This document shows, one piece after another, positions 28,678 to 39,828 of a stretch of 52,688 nt of DNA (position 1 is the first letter of the stretch; the number at the start of each line of letters is the position of its first letter). This DNA comes from a virus. Lineage: Duplodnaviria; Heunggongvirae; Uroviricota; Caudoviricetes. The DNA is taken from the IMG/VR virus record IMGVR_UViG_2531839667_000013; one strand, 5' to 3'. Position numbers and translations under genes: made by a program. The notes beneath the pieces are model-generated. The model searched no databases. It worked only from the letters and a program-made list of their open reading frames with translations, and was not told the DNA's origin.

Positions 28678-31237
28678 TCTTGTTATTGACCTGAGTCTGG
28701 ATGCGGTCCGTTTCGATGAGCAGATGAGCCGGGTAAGGCGTCATTTTTCCGGACTGGAGACTGACGCCAGAAAAACCGCCGGTGTTGTTGAGCAGAACCT
28801 GAGTCGTCAGGCGCTGGCTGCACAAAAAGCCGGGATTTCCGTCGGGCAGTATAAAGCGGCCATGCGAACCCTGCCCGCACAGTTTACGGATATCGCCACG
28901 CAGCTTGCCGGTGGTCAGAATCCCTGGCTGATCCTGCTGCAACAGGGCGGTCAGGTGAAGGACTCCTTCGGCGGGATGATCCCCATGTTCAGGGGACTTG
29001 CCGGTGCGATCACCCTGCCGATGGTCGGGGTCACCTCGCTGGCGGTGGCGACAGGTGCGCTGGCGTACGCCTGGTACCAGGGGGATTCCACGCTTTCAGC
29101 GTTTAATAAAACCCTGGTTCTTTCCGGTAATCAGTCCGGACTGACTGCCGATCGTATGCTGACTCTCTCAAGAGCCGGGCAGGCAGCAGGGCTGACGTTT
29201 AACCAGGCGAGAGAGTCACTGGCAGCCCTGGTGAATGCCGGTGTGCGTGGTGGTGAACAGTTTGATGCCATCAACCAGAGTGTCGCGCGTTTTGCGTCTG
29301 CATCCGGTGTGGAGGTGGATAAAGTCGCTGAAGCCTTCGGGAAGCTGACCACTGACCCGACGTCGGGACTGATGGCGATGGCGCGCCAGTTCCGTAACGT
29401 GACGGCAGAGCAGATTGCGTATGTTGCACAGCTGCAGCGTTCCGGTGATGAGGCCGGGGCCTTACAGGCGGCGAACGATATCGCCACGAAAGGCTTTGAT
29501 GAGCAGACCCGTCGCCTGAAAGAAAACATGGGGACACTGGAGACCTGGGCGGATAAAACAGGGAAGGCATTCAAATCGATGTGGGATGCCATTCTGGATA
29601 TCGGTCGTCCTGAGTCCTCAGCGGATATGCTCGCCAGTGCACAGAAGGCATTTGATGAGGCGGATAAAAAATGGCAGTGGTACCAGAGCCGGAGCCAGCG
29701 CCGGGGAAAAACCGCCTCTTTTCGTGCGAACCTTCAGGGTGCATGGGATGACCGGGAAAATGCCCGTCTGGGGCTGGCAGCGGCCACGCTGCAGTCGGAT
29801 ATGGAAAAAGCCGGTGAACTGGCCGCCAGGGACCGGGCCGAACGGGACGCATCACAGCTGAAGTATACCGGAGAGGCGCAGAAGGCGTATGAGCGTCTGC
29901 TGACGCCGCTGGAGAAATATACCGCCCGTCAGGAAGAACTGAATAAGGCCCTGAAAGACGGGAAAATCCTGCAGGCGGATTACAACACGCTGATGGCGGC
30001 GGCGAAAAAGGATTATGAATCGACGCTGAAAAAGCCGAAGTCGTCAGGAGTCAAAGTGTCAGCCGGTGAGCGTCAGGAAGACCAGGCGCATGCTGCCCTG
30101 CTGGCGCTTGAAACCGAGCTCCGGACGCTGGAAAAACTCAGCGGTGCGAATGAGAAAATCAGCCAGCAGCGTCGCGATTTATGGAAAGCGGAAAATCAGT
30201 ATGCGGTCCTGAAAGAGGCAGCCACGAAACGGCAGTTATCTGAGCAGGAAAAATCCCTGCTGACCCATGAGAAAGAGACGCTGGAGTACAAACGCCAGCT
30301 GGCTGAGCTGGGAGACAAAGTTGAACACCAGAAACGGCTGAATGAGCTGGCACAGCAGGCTGCGCGGTTTGAGCAGCAGCAGAGCGCGAAGCAGGCGGCA
30401 ATCAGTGCCCAGGCGCGGGGCCTCACCGACCGTCAGGCGCAGCGGGAGTCGGAAGAGCAGCGCCTTCGTGACGTGTACGGTGATAATCCGGATGCGCTGG
30501 CGAAGGCCACATCTGCACTGAAGAACACCTGGTCTGCGGAGGAGCAGCTTCGTGGAAGCTGGATGGCCGGTCTGAAGTCCGGCTGGGGCGAGTGGGCGGA
30601 AAGTGCGACGGACAGTTTTTCGCAGGTTAAAAGCGTGGCCACGCAGACCTTTGACGGTATTGCACAGAATATGGCAGCGATGCTGACCGGCAGCGAACAG
30701 AACTGGCGTGGTTTCACCCGTTCTGTGCTCTCCATGCTGACAGAGATTTTTCTGAAGCAGGCGATGGTGGGGATAGTCGGGAGTATCGGCAGCGCCATTG
30801 GCGGTGCTTTCGGTGGTGGTGCGTCTGCCTCCACGGGGACGGCCATTCAGGCTGCGGCGGCGAACTTCCATTTCGCGACCGGGGGATTTACGGGGACGGG
30901 GGGTAAATATGAACCTGCGGGGATTGTTCATCGCGGGGAGTTTGTCTTCACGAAGGAGGCAACCAGCCGGATTGGCGTCGGCAACCTGTACCGCCTGATG
31001 CGGGGCTATGCGGAAGGTGGTTATGTGGGCGGTGCCGGAAGTCCGGCGCAGATGCGGCGGACGGAAGGCATTAATTTTAATCAGAACAATCACGTGGTGA
31101 TTCAGAACGACGGCACCAACGGACGGGCGGGGCCGCAGCTGATGAAGGCGGTGTATGACATGGCCCGCAAGGGGGCGCAGGATGAGATTCAGGCGCAGAT
31201 GCGTGATGGCGGCGTATTTTCCGGAGGCAGGCGATGA
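28658..31237 (+). CDS. Tail tape measure protein H
   Basis: 859 aa; coiled-coil rich; position between G-T and M. Confidence 0.95.
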   Translation: MSQPVGDLVIDLSLDAVRFDEQMSRVRRHFSGLETDARKTAGVVEQNLSRQALAAQKAGISVGQYKAAMRTLPAQFTDIATQLAGGQNPWLILLQQGGQVKDSFGGMIPMFRGLAGAITLPMVGVTSLAVATGALAYAWYQGDSTLSAFNKTLVLSGNQSGLTADRMLTLSRAGQAAGLTFNQARESLAALVNAGVRGGEQFDAINQSVARFASASGVEVDKVAEAFGKLTTDPTSGLMAMARQFRNVTAEQIAYVAQLQRSGDEAGALQAANDIATKGFDEQTRRLKENMGTLETWADKTGKAFKSMWDAILDIGRPESSADMLASAQKAFDEADKKWQWYQSRSQRRGKTASFRANLQGAWDDRENARLGLAAATLQSDMEKAGELAARDRAERDASQLKYTGEAQKAYERLLTPLEKYTARQEELNKALKDGKILQADYNTLMAAAKKDYESTLKKPKSSGVKVSAGERQEDQAHAALLALETELRTLEKLSGANEKISQQRRDLWKAENQYAVLKEAATKRQLSEQEKSLLTHEKETLEYKRQLAELGDKVEHQKRLNELAQQAARFEQQQSAKQAAISAQARGLTDRQAQRESEEQRLRDVYGDNPDALAKATSALKNTWSAEEQLRGSWMAGLKSGWGEWAESATDSFSQVKSVATQTFDGIAQNMAAMLTGSEQNWRGFTRSVLSMLTEIFLKQAMVGIVGSIGSAIGGAFGGGASASTGTAIQAAAANFHFATGGFTGTGGKYEPAGIVHRGEFVFTKEATSRIGVGNLYRLMRGYAEGGYVGGAGSPAQMRRTEGINFNQNNHVVIQNDGTNGRAGPQLMKAVYDMARKGAQDEIQAQMRDGGVFSGGRR

Positions 31238-31563
31238 AAACATTTCGCTGGAAAGTGAAGCCGGATATGGAGGTGAACTCGCAGCCATCGGTGCGTGAAG
31301 TGCGTTTTGGTGACGGGTATTCGCAGCGTATGGCGGCGGGGCTGAATGCTGACCTGAAAACATACCGTGTGACGCTTTCCGTGACCCGGGAGGAGGCCCG
31401 ACATCTGGAGGCATTCCTGGCAGAGCACGGTGGCTGGAAGGCGTTTCTGTGGACACCGCCTTATGCCTGGCGGCAGATAAAGGTGACCTGTGCCGCCTGG
31501 TCATCACGGGTTCGCATGCTGCGGGTTGAATTCAGCGCGGAGTTTAAGCAGGTGGTGAACTGA
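31234..31563 (+). CDS. Minor tail protein M
   Basis: Size 109 aa; ATGA overlap with H; lambda order. Confidence 0.9.
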   Translation: MKTFRWKVKPDMEVNSQPSVREVRFGDGYSQRMAAGLNADLKTYRVTLSVTREEARHLEAFLAEHGGWKAFLWTPPYAWRQIKVTCAAWSSRVRMLRVEFSAEFKQVVN

Positions 31564-32261
31564 TGCAGGATATTCACGAAGAAAGTCTGAACGAGTCGGT
31601 TAAATCAGAGCAGTCACCGCGGGTGGTACTCTGGGAAATCGACCTGACGGTACAGGGTGGTGAGCGGTATTTTTTCTGCAATGAGCTGAATGAAAAAGGG
31701 GAGGCGGTTACCTGGCAGGGGCGGCAATATCAGGCATACCCGATTGACGGCAGCGGTTTTGAGATGAACGGGAAGGGCAGCAGTGCCCGCCCGTCACTGA
31801 CGGTGTCCAATCTGTTCGGTCTGGTCACCGGAATGGCGGAGGACCTGCAGAGCCTGGTGGGGGCCACGGTGGTCCGCCGCCGGGTGTATGCCCGTTTTCT
31901 GGATGCGGTGAATTTTGTGGCGGGCAATCCGGAAGCGGACCCGGAGCAGGAGCTGAGCGACCGCTGGGTGGTGGAGCAGATGTCAGAGCTGACGGCCATG
32001 ACAGCCTCGTTTGTGCTGGCAACACCGACGGAGACGGACGGAGCGCTGTTTCCCGGTCGCATCATGCTGGCGAACACCTGTATGTGGGATTACCGGGGAG
32101 ATGAATGCGGGTATAACGGTCCTGCGGTGGCGGATGAGTTCGATAAACCCACCACCGATATCCGTAAGGACAGATGCAGCAAGTGCATGCGCGGGTGTGA
32201 GATGCGCGGCATGGTGGCTAATTTTGGCGGTTTCCTTTCCATTAACAAACTTTCGCAGTAA
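31563..32261 (+). CDS. Minor tail protein L
   Basis: C-terminal Cys cluster (CMWDYRGDECGYNG...CSKCMRGC) as in lambda L. Confidence 0.9.
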   Translation: MQDIHEESLNESVKSEQSPRVVLWEIDLTVQGGERYFFCNELNEKGEAVTWQGRQYQAYPIDGSGFEMNGKGSSARPSLTVSNLFGLVTGMAEDLQSLVGATVVRRRVYARFLDAVNFVAGNPEADPEQELSDRWVVEQMSELTAMTASFVLATPTETDGALFPGRIMLANTCMWDYRGDECGYNGPAVADEFDKPTTDIRKDRCSKCMRGCEMRGMVANFGGFLSINKLSQ

Positions 32262-32266
32262 ATCCA

Positions 32267-33010
32267 ATGACACAGACAGAATCAGCGATTCTGGCGCATG
32301 CCCGGCGGTGTGTGCCTGCGGAGTCGTGCGGCTTCGTGGTGAGAACGCCGGAGGGGGAGCGGTATATCCCTTGTGTGAATATCTCTGCAGAGCCGGAGGC
32401 GTATTTTCGTATTGCACCGGAAGACTGGCTGCGGGCAGAGATGCAGGGGGAGATTGTGGCACTGGTCCACAGTCATCCCGGTGGTCTGCCTTGGCTGAGC
32501 GAGGCTGACCGGCGGCTGCAGATAAAAAGCGCACTGCCCTGGTGGCTGGTCTGCCGGGGTGACATTCACAAATTCCGCTGCGTGCCGCACCTGACGGGAC
32601 GGCGCTTTGAGCACGGGGTGACGGACTGTTACACGCTGTTCCGGGATGCCTACCATCTGGCGGGAATTGATATGCCGGGTTTTGAGCGTGAGGATGACTG
32701 GTGGCGCAACGGTCAGAACCTTTACCTGGACAATATGGCGGTCACCGGCTTTTACCGGGTGCCCCTGTCCTCTGCACAGGCGGGCGATATCCTGCTGTGC
32801 TGCTTTGGCGCATCGGTGGCCAATCATGCCGCCATTTACTGCGGCAACGGTGAACTGCTTCACCATCTGCCTGAACAACTGAGTAAACGGGAGAGGTATT
32901 CCGAAAAATGGCAACGACGAACGCATTCTGTCTGGCGTCACCGCCACTGGCACGCATCTGCCTTCACGGGGATTTGCAACGATTTGGCCGCCGCCTCAGC
33001 CTGTATGTGA
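32267..33010 (+). CDS. Tail assembly protein K (JAB/MPN plus NlpC/P60 peptidase domains)
   Basis: HSHPGG motif (JAB) and Cys/His residues of NlpC/P60; lambda order. Confidence 0.9.
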   Translation: MTQTESAILAHARRCVPAESCGFVVRTPEGERYIPCVNISAEPEAYFRIAPEDWLRAEMQGEIVALVHSHPGGLPWLSEADRRLQIKSALPWWLVCRGDIHKFRCVPHLTGRRFEHGVTDCYTLFRDAYHLAGIDMPGFEREDDWWRNGQNLYLDNMAVTGFYRVPLSSAQAGDILLCCFGASVANHAAIYCGNGELLHHLPEQLSKRERYSEKWQRRTHSVWRHRHWHASAFTGICNDLAAASACM

Positions 33011-33588
33011 ACACGGCAGCGGAAGCCATCCGTGCCCTGTCGATGCAGATGCCGGGATTCCGCCGTCAGATGAACGAAGGCTGGTACCAGATACGTATTC
33101 GCGGTGAGGACACGGCACCGGAGGCGGTGTACGCCCGTCTTCACGAACCTCTGGGTGAGGGAACGGTCATCCATATTGTGCCGCGACTGGCCGGTGCAGG
33201 GAAAGGCGGACTGCAGATTGTGCTGGGGGCGGCAGCCATCGTGGGCTCTTTCTTCACGGCCGGAGGCTCGATGGCGTTATGGGGTTCAGCCCTGGCAGCC
33301 GGTGGTTTTTCTGCCACCACGATGCTGTTTTCACTGGGTGCCAGCATGATACTGGGCGGTGTGGCTCAGATGCTGGCCCCGAAGGCAAAGACGCCGGAGT
33401 ACAAAAGTACGGATAACGGTAAACAGAACACGTATTTTTCGTCACTGGACAACATGATTGCCCAGGGGAACCCGATGCCGGTGCCTTACGGTGAAATGCT
33501 GGTTGGCTCCCGGCGAATCTCCCAGGACATCAGCACCCGTGATGAAGGTGGTGGCGGGAAGGTGGTGGTTATCGGGCGGCAGGGGTAA
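32908..33588 (+). CDS. Tail assembly protein I
   Basis: ARICLHGDLQRFGRR...GKQNTYFSSLDNMIAQGNPMPVPYGEM collinear with lambda I; overlaps K by about 100 nt. Confidence 0.9.
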   Translation: MATTNAFCLASPPLARICLHGDLQRFGRRLSLYVNTAAEAIRALSMQMPGFRRQMNEGWYQIRIRGEDTAPEAVYARLHEPLGEGTVIHIVPRLAGAGKGGLQIVLGAAAIVGSFFTAGGSMALWGSALAAGGFSATTMLFSLGASMILGGVAQMLAPKAKTPEYKSTDNGKQNTYFSSLDNMIAQGNPMPVPYGEMLVGSRRISQDISTRDEGGGGKVVVIGRQG

Positions 33589-33834
33589 AGCATAAAAAAA
33601 TCCCGCAGTGTATGGAGGCTGCGGGAACAGAAAATGAAGATTAACCACAGGGAGTTTTGTTTTTATTGGCCCGAAAAAACTGTAACGCCCGGGAATGATA
33701 TCTGCCACGGGGGCGTACAGAAAATGTGAAGAAATTCAGAAATTTTATTCCGTCATGACACAGGCACCCTCCGGGGTGCCTGTCGTTTTTGGGGCATAAA
33801 CAGATTCAGACATCAGACAGGAGAGGGGGACAGA

Positions 33835-36800
33835 GTGGGTAAAGGTGGCGGCAAGGCGCACACGCCGGTTGAGGCAAAGGACAATCTTAAGTCCACGCAG
33901 ATGATGAGCGTGATTGATGCCATTGGTGAAGGGCCGATTGAAGGTCCGGTGAAGGGGCTGCAGAGTATCCTGGTGAACAAAACCCCGCTGACGGACACGG
34001 ACGGTAATCCTGTGATACATGGTGTGACAGCGGTCTGGCGCGCCGGGGAGCAGGAGCAGACACCACCTGAAGGCTTTGAGTCCTCCGGGGCGGAAACCGC
34101 ACTGGGCGTGGAAGTGACGAAAGCAAAGCCGGTGACGCGCACCATTACGTCCGCGAACATTGACCGCCTGCGGGTCACCTTCGGGGTGCAGTCACTGTTG
34201 GAGACCACCTCAAAGGGCGACCGTAATCCCTCTTCTGTCCGACTGCTGATTCAGTTGCAGCGTAACGGTAACTGGGTGACGGAAAAGGATGTCACCATTA
34301 ACGGCAAGACCACCTCGCAGTTTCTGGCGTCGGTGATTCTGGATAATCTGCCTGAGCGGCCCTTTAACATCCGGATGGTCCGGGAGACAGCGGACAGCAC
34401 CTCGGACCAGCTGCAGAATAAGACGCTCTGGTCGTCATACACCGAAATCATCGATGTGAAACAGTGCTACCCGAACACGGCGATTGTGGGGCTGCAGGTG
34501 GATGCGGAGCAGTTTGGCGGTCAGCAGATGACGGTGAACTACCATATCCGAGGTCGCATCATCCAGGTGCCGTCAAACTATGACCCGGAAAAACGCACGT
34601 ACAGCGGCATCTGGGACGGCAGCCTGAAACCGGCATACAGCAATAACCCGGCCTGGTGCCTGTGGGACATGCTGACTCACCCGCGCTACGGCATGGGAAA
34701 ACGCCTGGGGGCGGCGGATGTGGACAAGTGGGCGCTGTATGCCATTGCGCAGTACTGCGACCAGACGGTCCCGGATGGTTTCGGGGGCACAGAGCCGCGG
34801 ATGACCTTTAATGCGTACCTGTCACAACAGCGTAAGGCGTGGGACGTTCTCAGTGATTTCTGCTCGGCGATGCGCTGTATGCCGGTATGGAACGGCCAGA
34901 CGCTGACGTTCGTTCAGGACCGCCCGTCGGATGTGGTGTGGCCGTACACCAACTGCGATGTGGTGGTGGATGATAACGGCGTGGGGGTTCGCTACAGCTT
35001 CAGCGCCCTGAAGGACCGCCACACGGCGGTGGAGGTGAATTACACCGACCCGCAGAACGGCTGGCAGACCTCCACGGAACTGGTGGAAGACCCGGAAGCC
35101 ATACTGCGCTACGGGCGCAACCTGCTGAAGATGGATGCGTTCGGCTGCACCAGTCGCGGTCAGGCCCACCGTGCCGGGCTGTGGGTGATAAAGACCGGAC
35201 TGCTGGAAACGCAGACGGTGGATTTCACGCTCGGGTCACAGGGGCTACGTCACACACCCGGTGACATTATTGAAATCTGTGATAACGACTATGCCGGGAC
35301 CATGACCGGCGGACGTATCCTGTCCATCGATGCCGCCAGCCGCACCCTGACACTGGACCGTGAGGTGACCCTGCCGGAGACAGGTGCCGCCACGGTGAAC
35401 CTGATTAACGGCAGCGGTAAGCCGGTGAGCGTGGCCATCACTGCACACCCCGCGCCGGACCGGATACAGGTCAGCACCCTGCCTGATGGTGTGGAGACAT
35501 ACGGTGTATGGGGACTCTCCCTGCCGTCACTGCGTCGTCGCCTGTTCCGCTGTGTCTCCATCCGGGAAAACACGGACGGCACCTTTGCCATCACGGCGGT
35601 GCAGCACGTACCGGAAAAAGAAGCCATCGTGGATAACGGGGCCAGCTTTGAGCCGCAGTCAGGCACCCTGAACAGCGTTATTCCACCGGCAGTGCAGCAC
35701 CTGACGGTGGAGGTGAGCGCGGCTGACGGTCAGTATCTGGCACAGGCGAAATGGGACACGCCGCGGGTGGTGAAGGGCGTGCGCTTCAGTCTGCGCCTGA
35801 CCAGTGGAAGCGGTCAGGACAGCCGTCTGGTGACCACCGCCATCACTGCGGATACAGAGCATCGTTTCAGTGGTCTGCCGCTCGGGGAATACACCCTGAC
35901 AGTCAGGGCAATTAACAGTTATGGCCAGCAGGGGGAACCGGCCACCACCACGTTCAGGATTAATGCACCTGCGGTACCCGCCACGATTGAGCTGACACCG
36001 GGCTATTTTCAGATAACAGCGGTCCCGCGTCTTGCGGTGTATGACCCGACGGTACAGTTTGAGTTCTGGTTTTCGGAAAAACGCATCACGAACACGGCAC
36101 AGGTGGAAAAATCTGCCCGTTATCTGGGGAGCGGCAGTCAGTGGACTGTCCAGGGAAGCCGGATTAAGCCGGGGACGGATTTCTGGTTTTACGTGCGCAG
36201 CGTCAACCTGGTGGGGAAATCTGCGTTTGTGGAAGTCAGCGGGCAGCCCAGCAATGATGGTGAAGGGTATCTGGAATTTTTCCGGGAAAAAATAGGAAAA
36301 CTGCATCTGGCTCAGGGGTTGTGGGAACTGATAGATAACAGCCAGCTTGCAGATGAGATGGCGGAGATGAAGACCACCATCACCGAAACCCGCAATGAAA
36401 TCACACAGACGGTCAGTAAAACACTGGAGAACCAGAGCGCCACCATACAGCAGATACAGCGCGTGCAGAAGGACACAAATGATGACCTGGCTGCGCTGTA
36501 CATGCTGAAGGTTCAAAAAACGAAAGACGGCATTCCCTATGTGGCCGGGATTGGTGCAGGGATTGAGGATACTGATGGCCAGCCACTGAGCAACATACTG
36601 CTGCTGGCTGACCGTATCGCGATGATAAATCCGGAGAGCGGCAACAGCACTCCGTTATTTGTGGCGCAGGGGAATCAGCTGTTCATGAACGACGTGTTCC
36701 TGAAACGACTGTTTGCGGTGAGCATCACCTCGTCCGGCAATCCCCCAGCATTTTCCCTGACGCCGGAAGGAAAGCTGACGGCAAGGAACGCGGATATCAG

Positions 36801-37311
36801 CGGAGCAATTACCGCGAATACCGGCACGCTCAATAATGTCACCATTAACGAGAACTGTGTCATCAGAGGGAAACTGTCTGCAAACCAGATTGAAGGCGAC
36901 CTGGTGAAGACGGTGGGGAAAGCCTTTCCCCGGAATAACAGTTATGCCAGCGGGACGGTAACCGTCACAGTTTACGATGACCAGGGCTTCGACCGGCAGA
37001 TTATCATTCCCCCGGTGCTGTTTCGCGGGACGAAACACCAGAATTTCAACAGCCCGAATCAGCAGTCGTACTGGTATTCCACCTGTAAGCTGCAGGTGCT
37101 GAAGAACGGGGTTGAGATTTTCCATGAACCGGCAACGGATGTCAGCCGGGTGTTCTCATCGGTGATAGATATGCCGGCAGGGCGGGGTCATGTCACCCTG
37201 ACGTTTAATGTGTCGTCGGCCGGTGCGAACAACTGGACGCCGACAACGTACATCAGTGATTTACTGGTTGTGGTCATGAAAAAATCCACGGCAGGGATCA
37301 GTATCAGCTGA
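33835..37311 (+). CDS. Central tail fibre / host specificity protein J
   Basis: GTG start; [37 protein letters not shown] matches lambda J N-terminus; 1158 aa. Confidence 0.95.
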   Translation: MGKGGGKAHTPVEAKDNLKSTQMMSVIDAIGEGPIEGPVKGLQSILVNKTPLTDTDGNPVIHGVTAVWRAGEQEQTPPEGFESSGAETALGVEVTKAKPVTRTITSANIDRLRVTFGVQSLLETTSKGDRNPSSVRLLIQLQRNGNWVTEKDVTINGKTTSQFLASVILDNLPERPFNIRMVRETADSTSDQLQNKTLWSSYTEIIDVKQCYPNTAIVGLQVDAEQFGGQQMTVNYHIRGRIIQVPSNYDPEKRTYSGIWDGSLKPAYSNNPAWCLWDMLTHPRYGMGKRLGAADVDKWALYAIAQYCDQTVPDGFGGTEPRMTFNAYLSQQRKAWDVLSDFCSAMRCMPVWNGQTLTFVQDRPSDVVWPYTNCDVVVDDNGVGVRYSFSALKDRHTAVEVNYTDPQNGWQTSTELVEDPEAILRYGRNLLKMDAFGCTSRGQAHRAGLWVIKTGLLETQTVDFTLGSQGLRHTPGDIIEICDNDYAGTMTGGRILSIDAASRTLTLDREVTLPETGAATVNLINGSGKPVSVAITAHPAPDRIQVSTLPDGVETYGVWGLSLPSLRRRLFRCVSIRENTDGTFAITAVQHVPEKEAIVDNGASFEPQSGTLNSVIPPAVQHLTVEVSAADGQYLAQAKWDTPRVVKGVRFSLRLTSGSGQDSRLVTTAITADTEHRFSGLPLGEYTLTVRAINSYGQQGEPATTTFRINAPAVPATIELTPGYFQITAVPRLAVYDPTVQFEFWFSEKRITNTAQVEKSARYLGSGSQWTVQGSRIKPGTDFWFYVRSVNLVGKSAFVEVSGQPSNDGEGYLEFFREKIGKLHLAQGLWELIDNSQLADEMAEMKTTITETRNEITQTVSKTLENQSATIQQIQRVQKDTNDDLAALYMLKVQKTKDGIPYVAGIGAGIEDTDGQPLSNILLLADRIAMINPESGNSTPLFVAQGNQLFMNDVFLKRLFAVSITSSGNPPAFSLTPEGKLTARNADISGAITANTGTLNNVTINENCVIRGKLSANQIEGDLVKTVGKAFPRNNSYASGTVTVTVYDDQGFDRQIIIPPVLFRGTKHQNFNSPNQQSYWYSTCKLQVLKNGVEIFHEPATDVSRVFSSVIDMPAGRGHVTLTFNVSSAGANNWTPTTYISDLLVVVMKKSTAGISIS

Positions 37312-37330
37312 CGGTTTATTAACCCGGACG

Positions 37331-37356
37331 GGCACCTCAGGAGGTGCCTTTTTTAT
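37331..37356 (+). terminator. Rho-independent terminator after J
   Basis: GGCACCTCAGGAGGTGCC hairpin followed by TTTTTTATT. Confidence 0.65.
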
Positions 37357-37379
37357 TGACTGAAAACAAAGAGGTAATC

Positions 37380-38003
37380 ATGCGGCATTTATACGCAACG
37401 ATATTATTGTTTACTACCCTGCTGGCAGGAATTGCCTTTCCTGCACAGGCTGAAAGCGGACACGGTGCATTTTCTGTGGGGTACACACAGGTGCACCCGG
37501 ACGGTACGCCGGGGCTTTCCGGTACCGGCATCAGGGCCGGCGATCTGAAAGGGATTAATGTGAAATACCGTTATGAGTTCACGGATCACCTGGGCGGCAT
37601 TGTCGCGCTGAGTTATGCATCGGTGAAGAAAAGTGACACGATGAAGACGGGTGAAAATACCTTCCATTATGAAAGCCTGCGCGGTCGTTATGTCAGTCTG
37701 ATGGCCGGCCCTGTCTGGCAGCTCAGTGAGCGGGTCAGTCTCTATGGCATGGCCGGGATGGCGTACACCCGCTGGTCTGACAGTGTTCAGGATTACCGAC
37801 GTGATGAAGTGAAACCGGGGTATGTGAAGGAGACCACCACCGCCAGTGATGGTCATACTGCGCGTCATCTGTCGCCGGCCTGGAATGCCGGGATTCAGTT
37901 CAGTCCCGTAGAGACGGTGGTTATTGACCTTGCTTATGAAGGTTCCGGCAGTGGCGACTGGCGCACTGACGGCTTCATCGTGGGTGTCGGCTATAAATTC
38001 TGA
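37380..38003 (+). CDS. lom: Lom/Ail-family outer membrane beta-barrel protein
   Basis: Signal peptide MRHLYATILLFTTLLAGIAFPAQA; C-terminal ...GFIVGVGYKF; position after J. Confidence 0.85.
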   Translation: MRHLYATILLFTTLLAGIAFPAQAESGHGAFSVGYTQVHPDGTPGLSGTGIRAGDLKGINVKYRYEFTDHLGGIVALSYASVKKSDTMKTGENTFHYESLRGRYVSLMAGPVWQLSERVSLYGMAGMAYTRWSDSVQDYRRDEVKPGYVKETTTASDGHTARHLSPAWNAGIQFSPVETVVIDLAYEGSGSGDWRTDGFIVGVGYKF

Positions 38004-38028
38004 TTAGCCAGGTAACACAGTGTTATGA

Positions 38029-38056
38029 CAGCCCGCCGGTTCAGGCGGGCTTTTTT
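38029..38056 (+). terminator. Rho-independent terminator after lom
   Basis: AGCCCGCC-GGTTCA-GGCGGGCT followed by TTTTTTG. Confidence 0.7.
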
Positions 38057-38067
38057 GTGGGGTGAAT

Positions 38068-39381
38068 ATGGCAGTAAAGATTTCAGGTGTGCTGAAAGAC
38101 GGCACAGGAAAACCAATACAGAACTGCACCATTCAACTGAAAGCCAGACGTAACAGCACCACGGTGGTGGTGAACACGGTGGCCTCTGAAAATCCGGATG
38201 AGGCAGGGCGTTACAGCATGGACGTCGAGTATGGTCAGTACAGCGTCACTCTGTTGGTGGAGGGATTCCCTCCATCACATGCCGGGACCATCACCGTGTA
38301 TGAAGATTCTCAACCGGGGACGCTGAATGATTTTCTCGGTGCCATGTCGGAGGATGACGTCCGGCCGGAGGCAATGCGTCGTTTTGAACTGATGGTGGAA
38401 GAAGCGGCGCGTCACGCAGAGGAGGCGAAGAAGAATGCCGGAGAGGCGGAGACATCAGCGAGGAATGCCGGCATATCAGCCAGTCAGGCAGAAGAGAGCG
38501 CTGCAAATGCTGACACTTCAGCAGGGGATGCATCGGAGTCAGCCCGGCAGGCGGCAGAAAGTGCAGCCGCTGCAAAGCAGTCAGAGGAGGCGTCCTCGTC
38601 CTCGGCCTCTGCGGCCGCTCAAAAAGCCAGTGAGTCATCACAAAGTGCAGCAGATGCTGAATTGTCAAGAAAGACGGCAGAAAGTGCAGCCGGTAATGCA
38701 GCCAGGGATGCAACGACCGCAACAGAAAAAGCCCGGGAGTCAGCAGAAAGCGCACAGTCAGCGGAACAAAGCAGGATAGCGGCGGAAGAGGCCGTAAACC
38801 GAATCCCCACCGTGGTGGGACCTCCCGGGCCAAAGGGGGAACAGGGGCCCGCGGGTCCTCAGGGGCCGAAGGGTGATAAGGGAGAGCGCGGTGACACCGG
38901 CCCTGTCGGGGCAACCGGCGAACGGGGACCGGCAGGTGATGCTGGTCCGGCAGGCCCGCAGGGGCCGAAAGGCGACAGGGGAGAGAGGGGAGAGACCGGT
39001 CTGACGGGAAATGCAGGTCCACAGGGTCCAAAGGGAGATACCGGTGCGGCAGGCCCGGCAGGCCCACAGGGACCGAAAGGAGAAACAGGTGCGGCTGGCC
39101 CGGTGGGGGCAACCGGACCTCAGGGGCCGAAGGGCGACCCGGGGGAGACGCAAATACGGTTCCGTCTGGGGCCGGGAAACATTATTGAGACAAACAGCAA
39201 TGGCTGGTTCCCGGATACAGATGGCGCACTCATCACCGGACTGACCTTTCTTGACCCCAAAGATGCCACACGGGTTCAGGGGTTTTTTCAGCATTTGCAG
39301 GTCAGATTTGGCGACGGGCCGTGGCAGGATGTCAAGGGGATGGATGAAGTGGGCAGTGATACAGGCAGAACAGGAGAATGA
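38068..39381 (+). CDS. Side tail fibre protein (Stf-like) with Ala/Ser-rich coiled region and collagen-like Gly-X-Y repeats
   Basis: [26 protein letters not shown]... matches lambda Stf N-terminus; about 35 consecutive G-X-Y triplets ([28 protein letters not shown]...) at about 38810-39150. Confidence 0.85.
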   Translation: MAVKISGVLKDGTGKPIQNCTIQLKARRNSTTVVVNTVASENPDEAGRYSMDVEYGQYSVTLLVEGFPPSHAGTITVYEDSQPGTLNDFLGAMSEDDVRPEAMRRFELMVEEAARHAEEAKKNAGEAETSARNAGISASQAEESAANADTSAGDASESARQAAESAAAAKQSEEASSSSASAAAQKASESSQSAADAELSRKTAESAAGNAARDATTATEKARESAESAQSAEQSRIAAEEAVNRIPTVVGPPGPKGEQGPAGPQGPKGDKGERGDTGPVGATGERGPAGDAGPAGPQGPKGDRGERGETGLTGNAGPQGPKGDTGAAGPAGPQGPKGETGAAGPVGATGPQGPKGDPGETQIRFRLGPGNIIETNSNGWFPDTDGALITGLTFLDPKDATRVQGFFQHLQVRFGDGPWQDVKGMDEVGSDTGRTGE

Positions 39382-39382
39382 C

Positions 39383-39652
39383 ATGAACATACTAAAAAAA
39401 CTTATGCAGCGTCTGTGCGGTTGCGGAAAGCATGATGGCCGTGAACACGGGCAGTCGCTTACAGTACAACTGCGACTGGGGCCGGCAGACATCCTGGAGT
39501 CAGATGAGAATGGCATTATTCCGGAGCAGGCCAGGGTAATCACGCAGGTGGTGATACTGGATGCGGATAAAAAGCAGATACAGTGCGTGGTAAGACCGCT
39601 GCAAATCCTGCGTGCTGACGGGACGTGGGAAAATATTGGCGGGATGAAGTAA
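39383..39652 (+). CDS. Small tail-fibre-associated protein (89 aa), paralogous to the Stf C-terminus
   Basis: Starts 1 nt after the stf stop; LTVQLRLGPADILESDENGIIPEQ...VRPLQILRADGTWENIGGM parallels the Stf C-terminus [22 protein letters not shown]...[16 protein letters not shown]. Confidence 0.5.
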   Translation: MNILKKLMQRLCGCGKHDGREHGQSLTVQLRLGPADILESDENGIIPEQARVITQVVILDADKKQIQCVVRPLQILRADGTWENIGGMK

Positions 39653-39666
39653 CCCGACAGCTTCAC

Positions 39667-39692
39667 AAAACCGGAGTCCGGCTCCGGTTTTT
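39667..39692 (+). terminator. Rho-independent terminator at the end of the tail module
   Basis: AAAACCGGAGTCCGGCTCCGGTTTTTG. Confidence 0.65.
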
Positions 39693-39828
39693 GTTGTCAT
39701 GTCCGGTGGATGTTTGTTAGGAAAGCAAAGATGGCAAAACTGCTGGAGGTTTTGTGGTTGAGTATGCCAATATAATTAATAGATTAAAGAGTTAGTTGTG
39801 AAGAAAATATGGATAAACAGGACGACGA

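Noticed and set aside
30236-31507. 423-aa minus-strand ORF inside the tape-measure gene
   Set aside because: Antisense to a clearly conserved lambda H homolog in GC-rich DNA; long antisense ORFs are expected by chance there
35659-36516. 285-aa minus-strand ORF inside J
   Set aside because: Antisense to the host-specificity protein; no independent support
38062-38067. Track start at GTG 38062 for the side tail fibre
   Set aside because: ATG 38068 gives the [13 protein letters not shown]-terminus that matches lambda Stf, so the 2-codon extension is probably not translated
38810-39150. Repetitive DNA that could be mistaken for a repeat array or CRISPR
   Set aside because: The periodicity is the Gly-X-Y collagen-like coding repeat inside the tail fibre gene; no direct repeats with spacers
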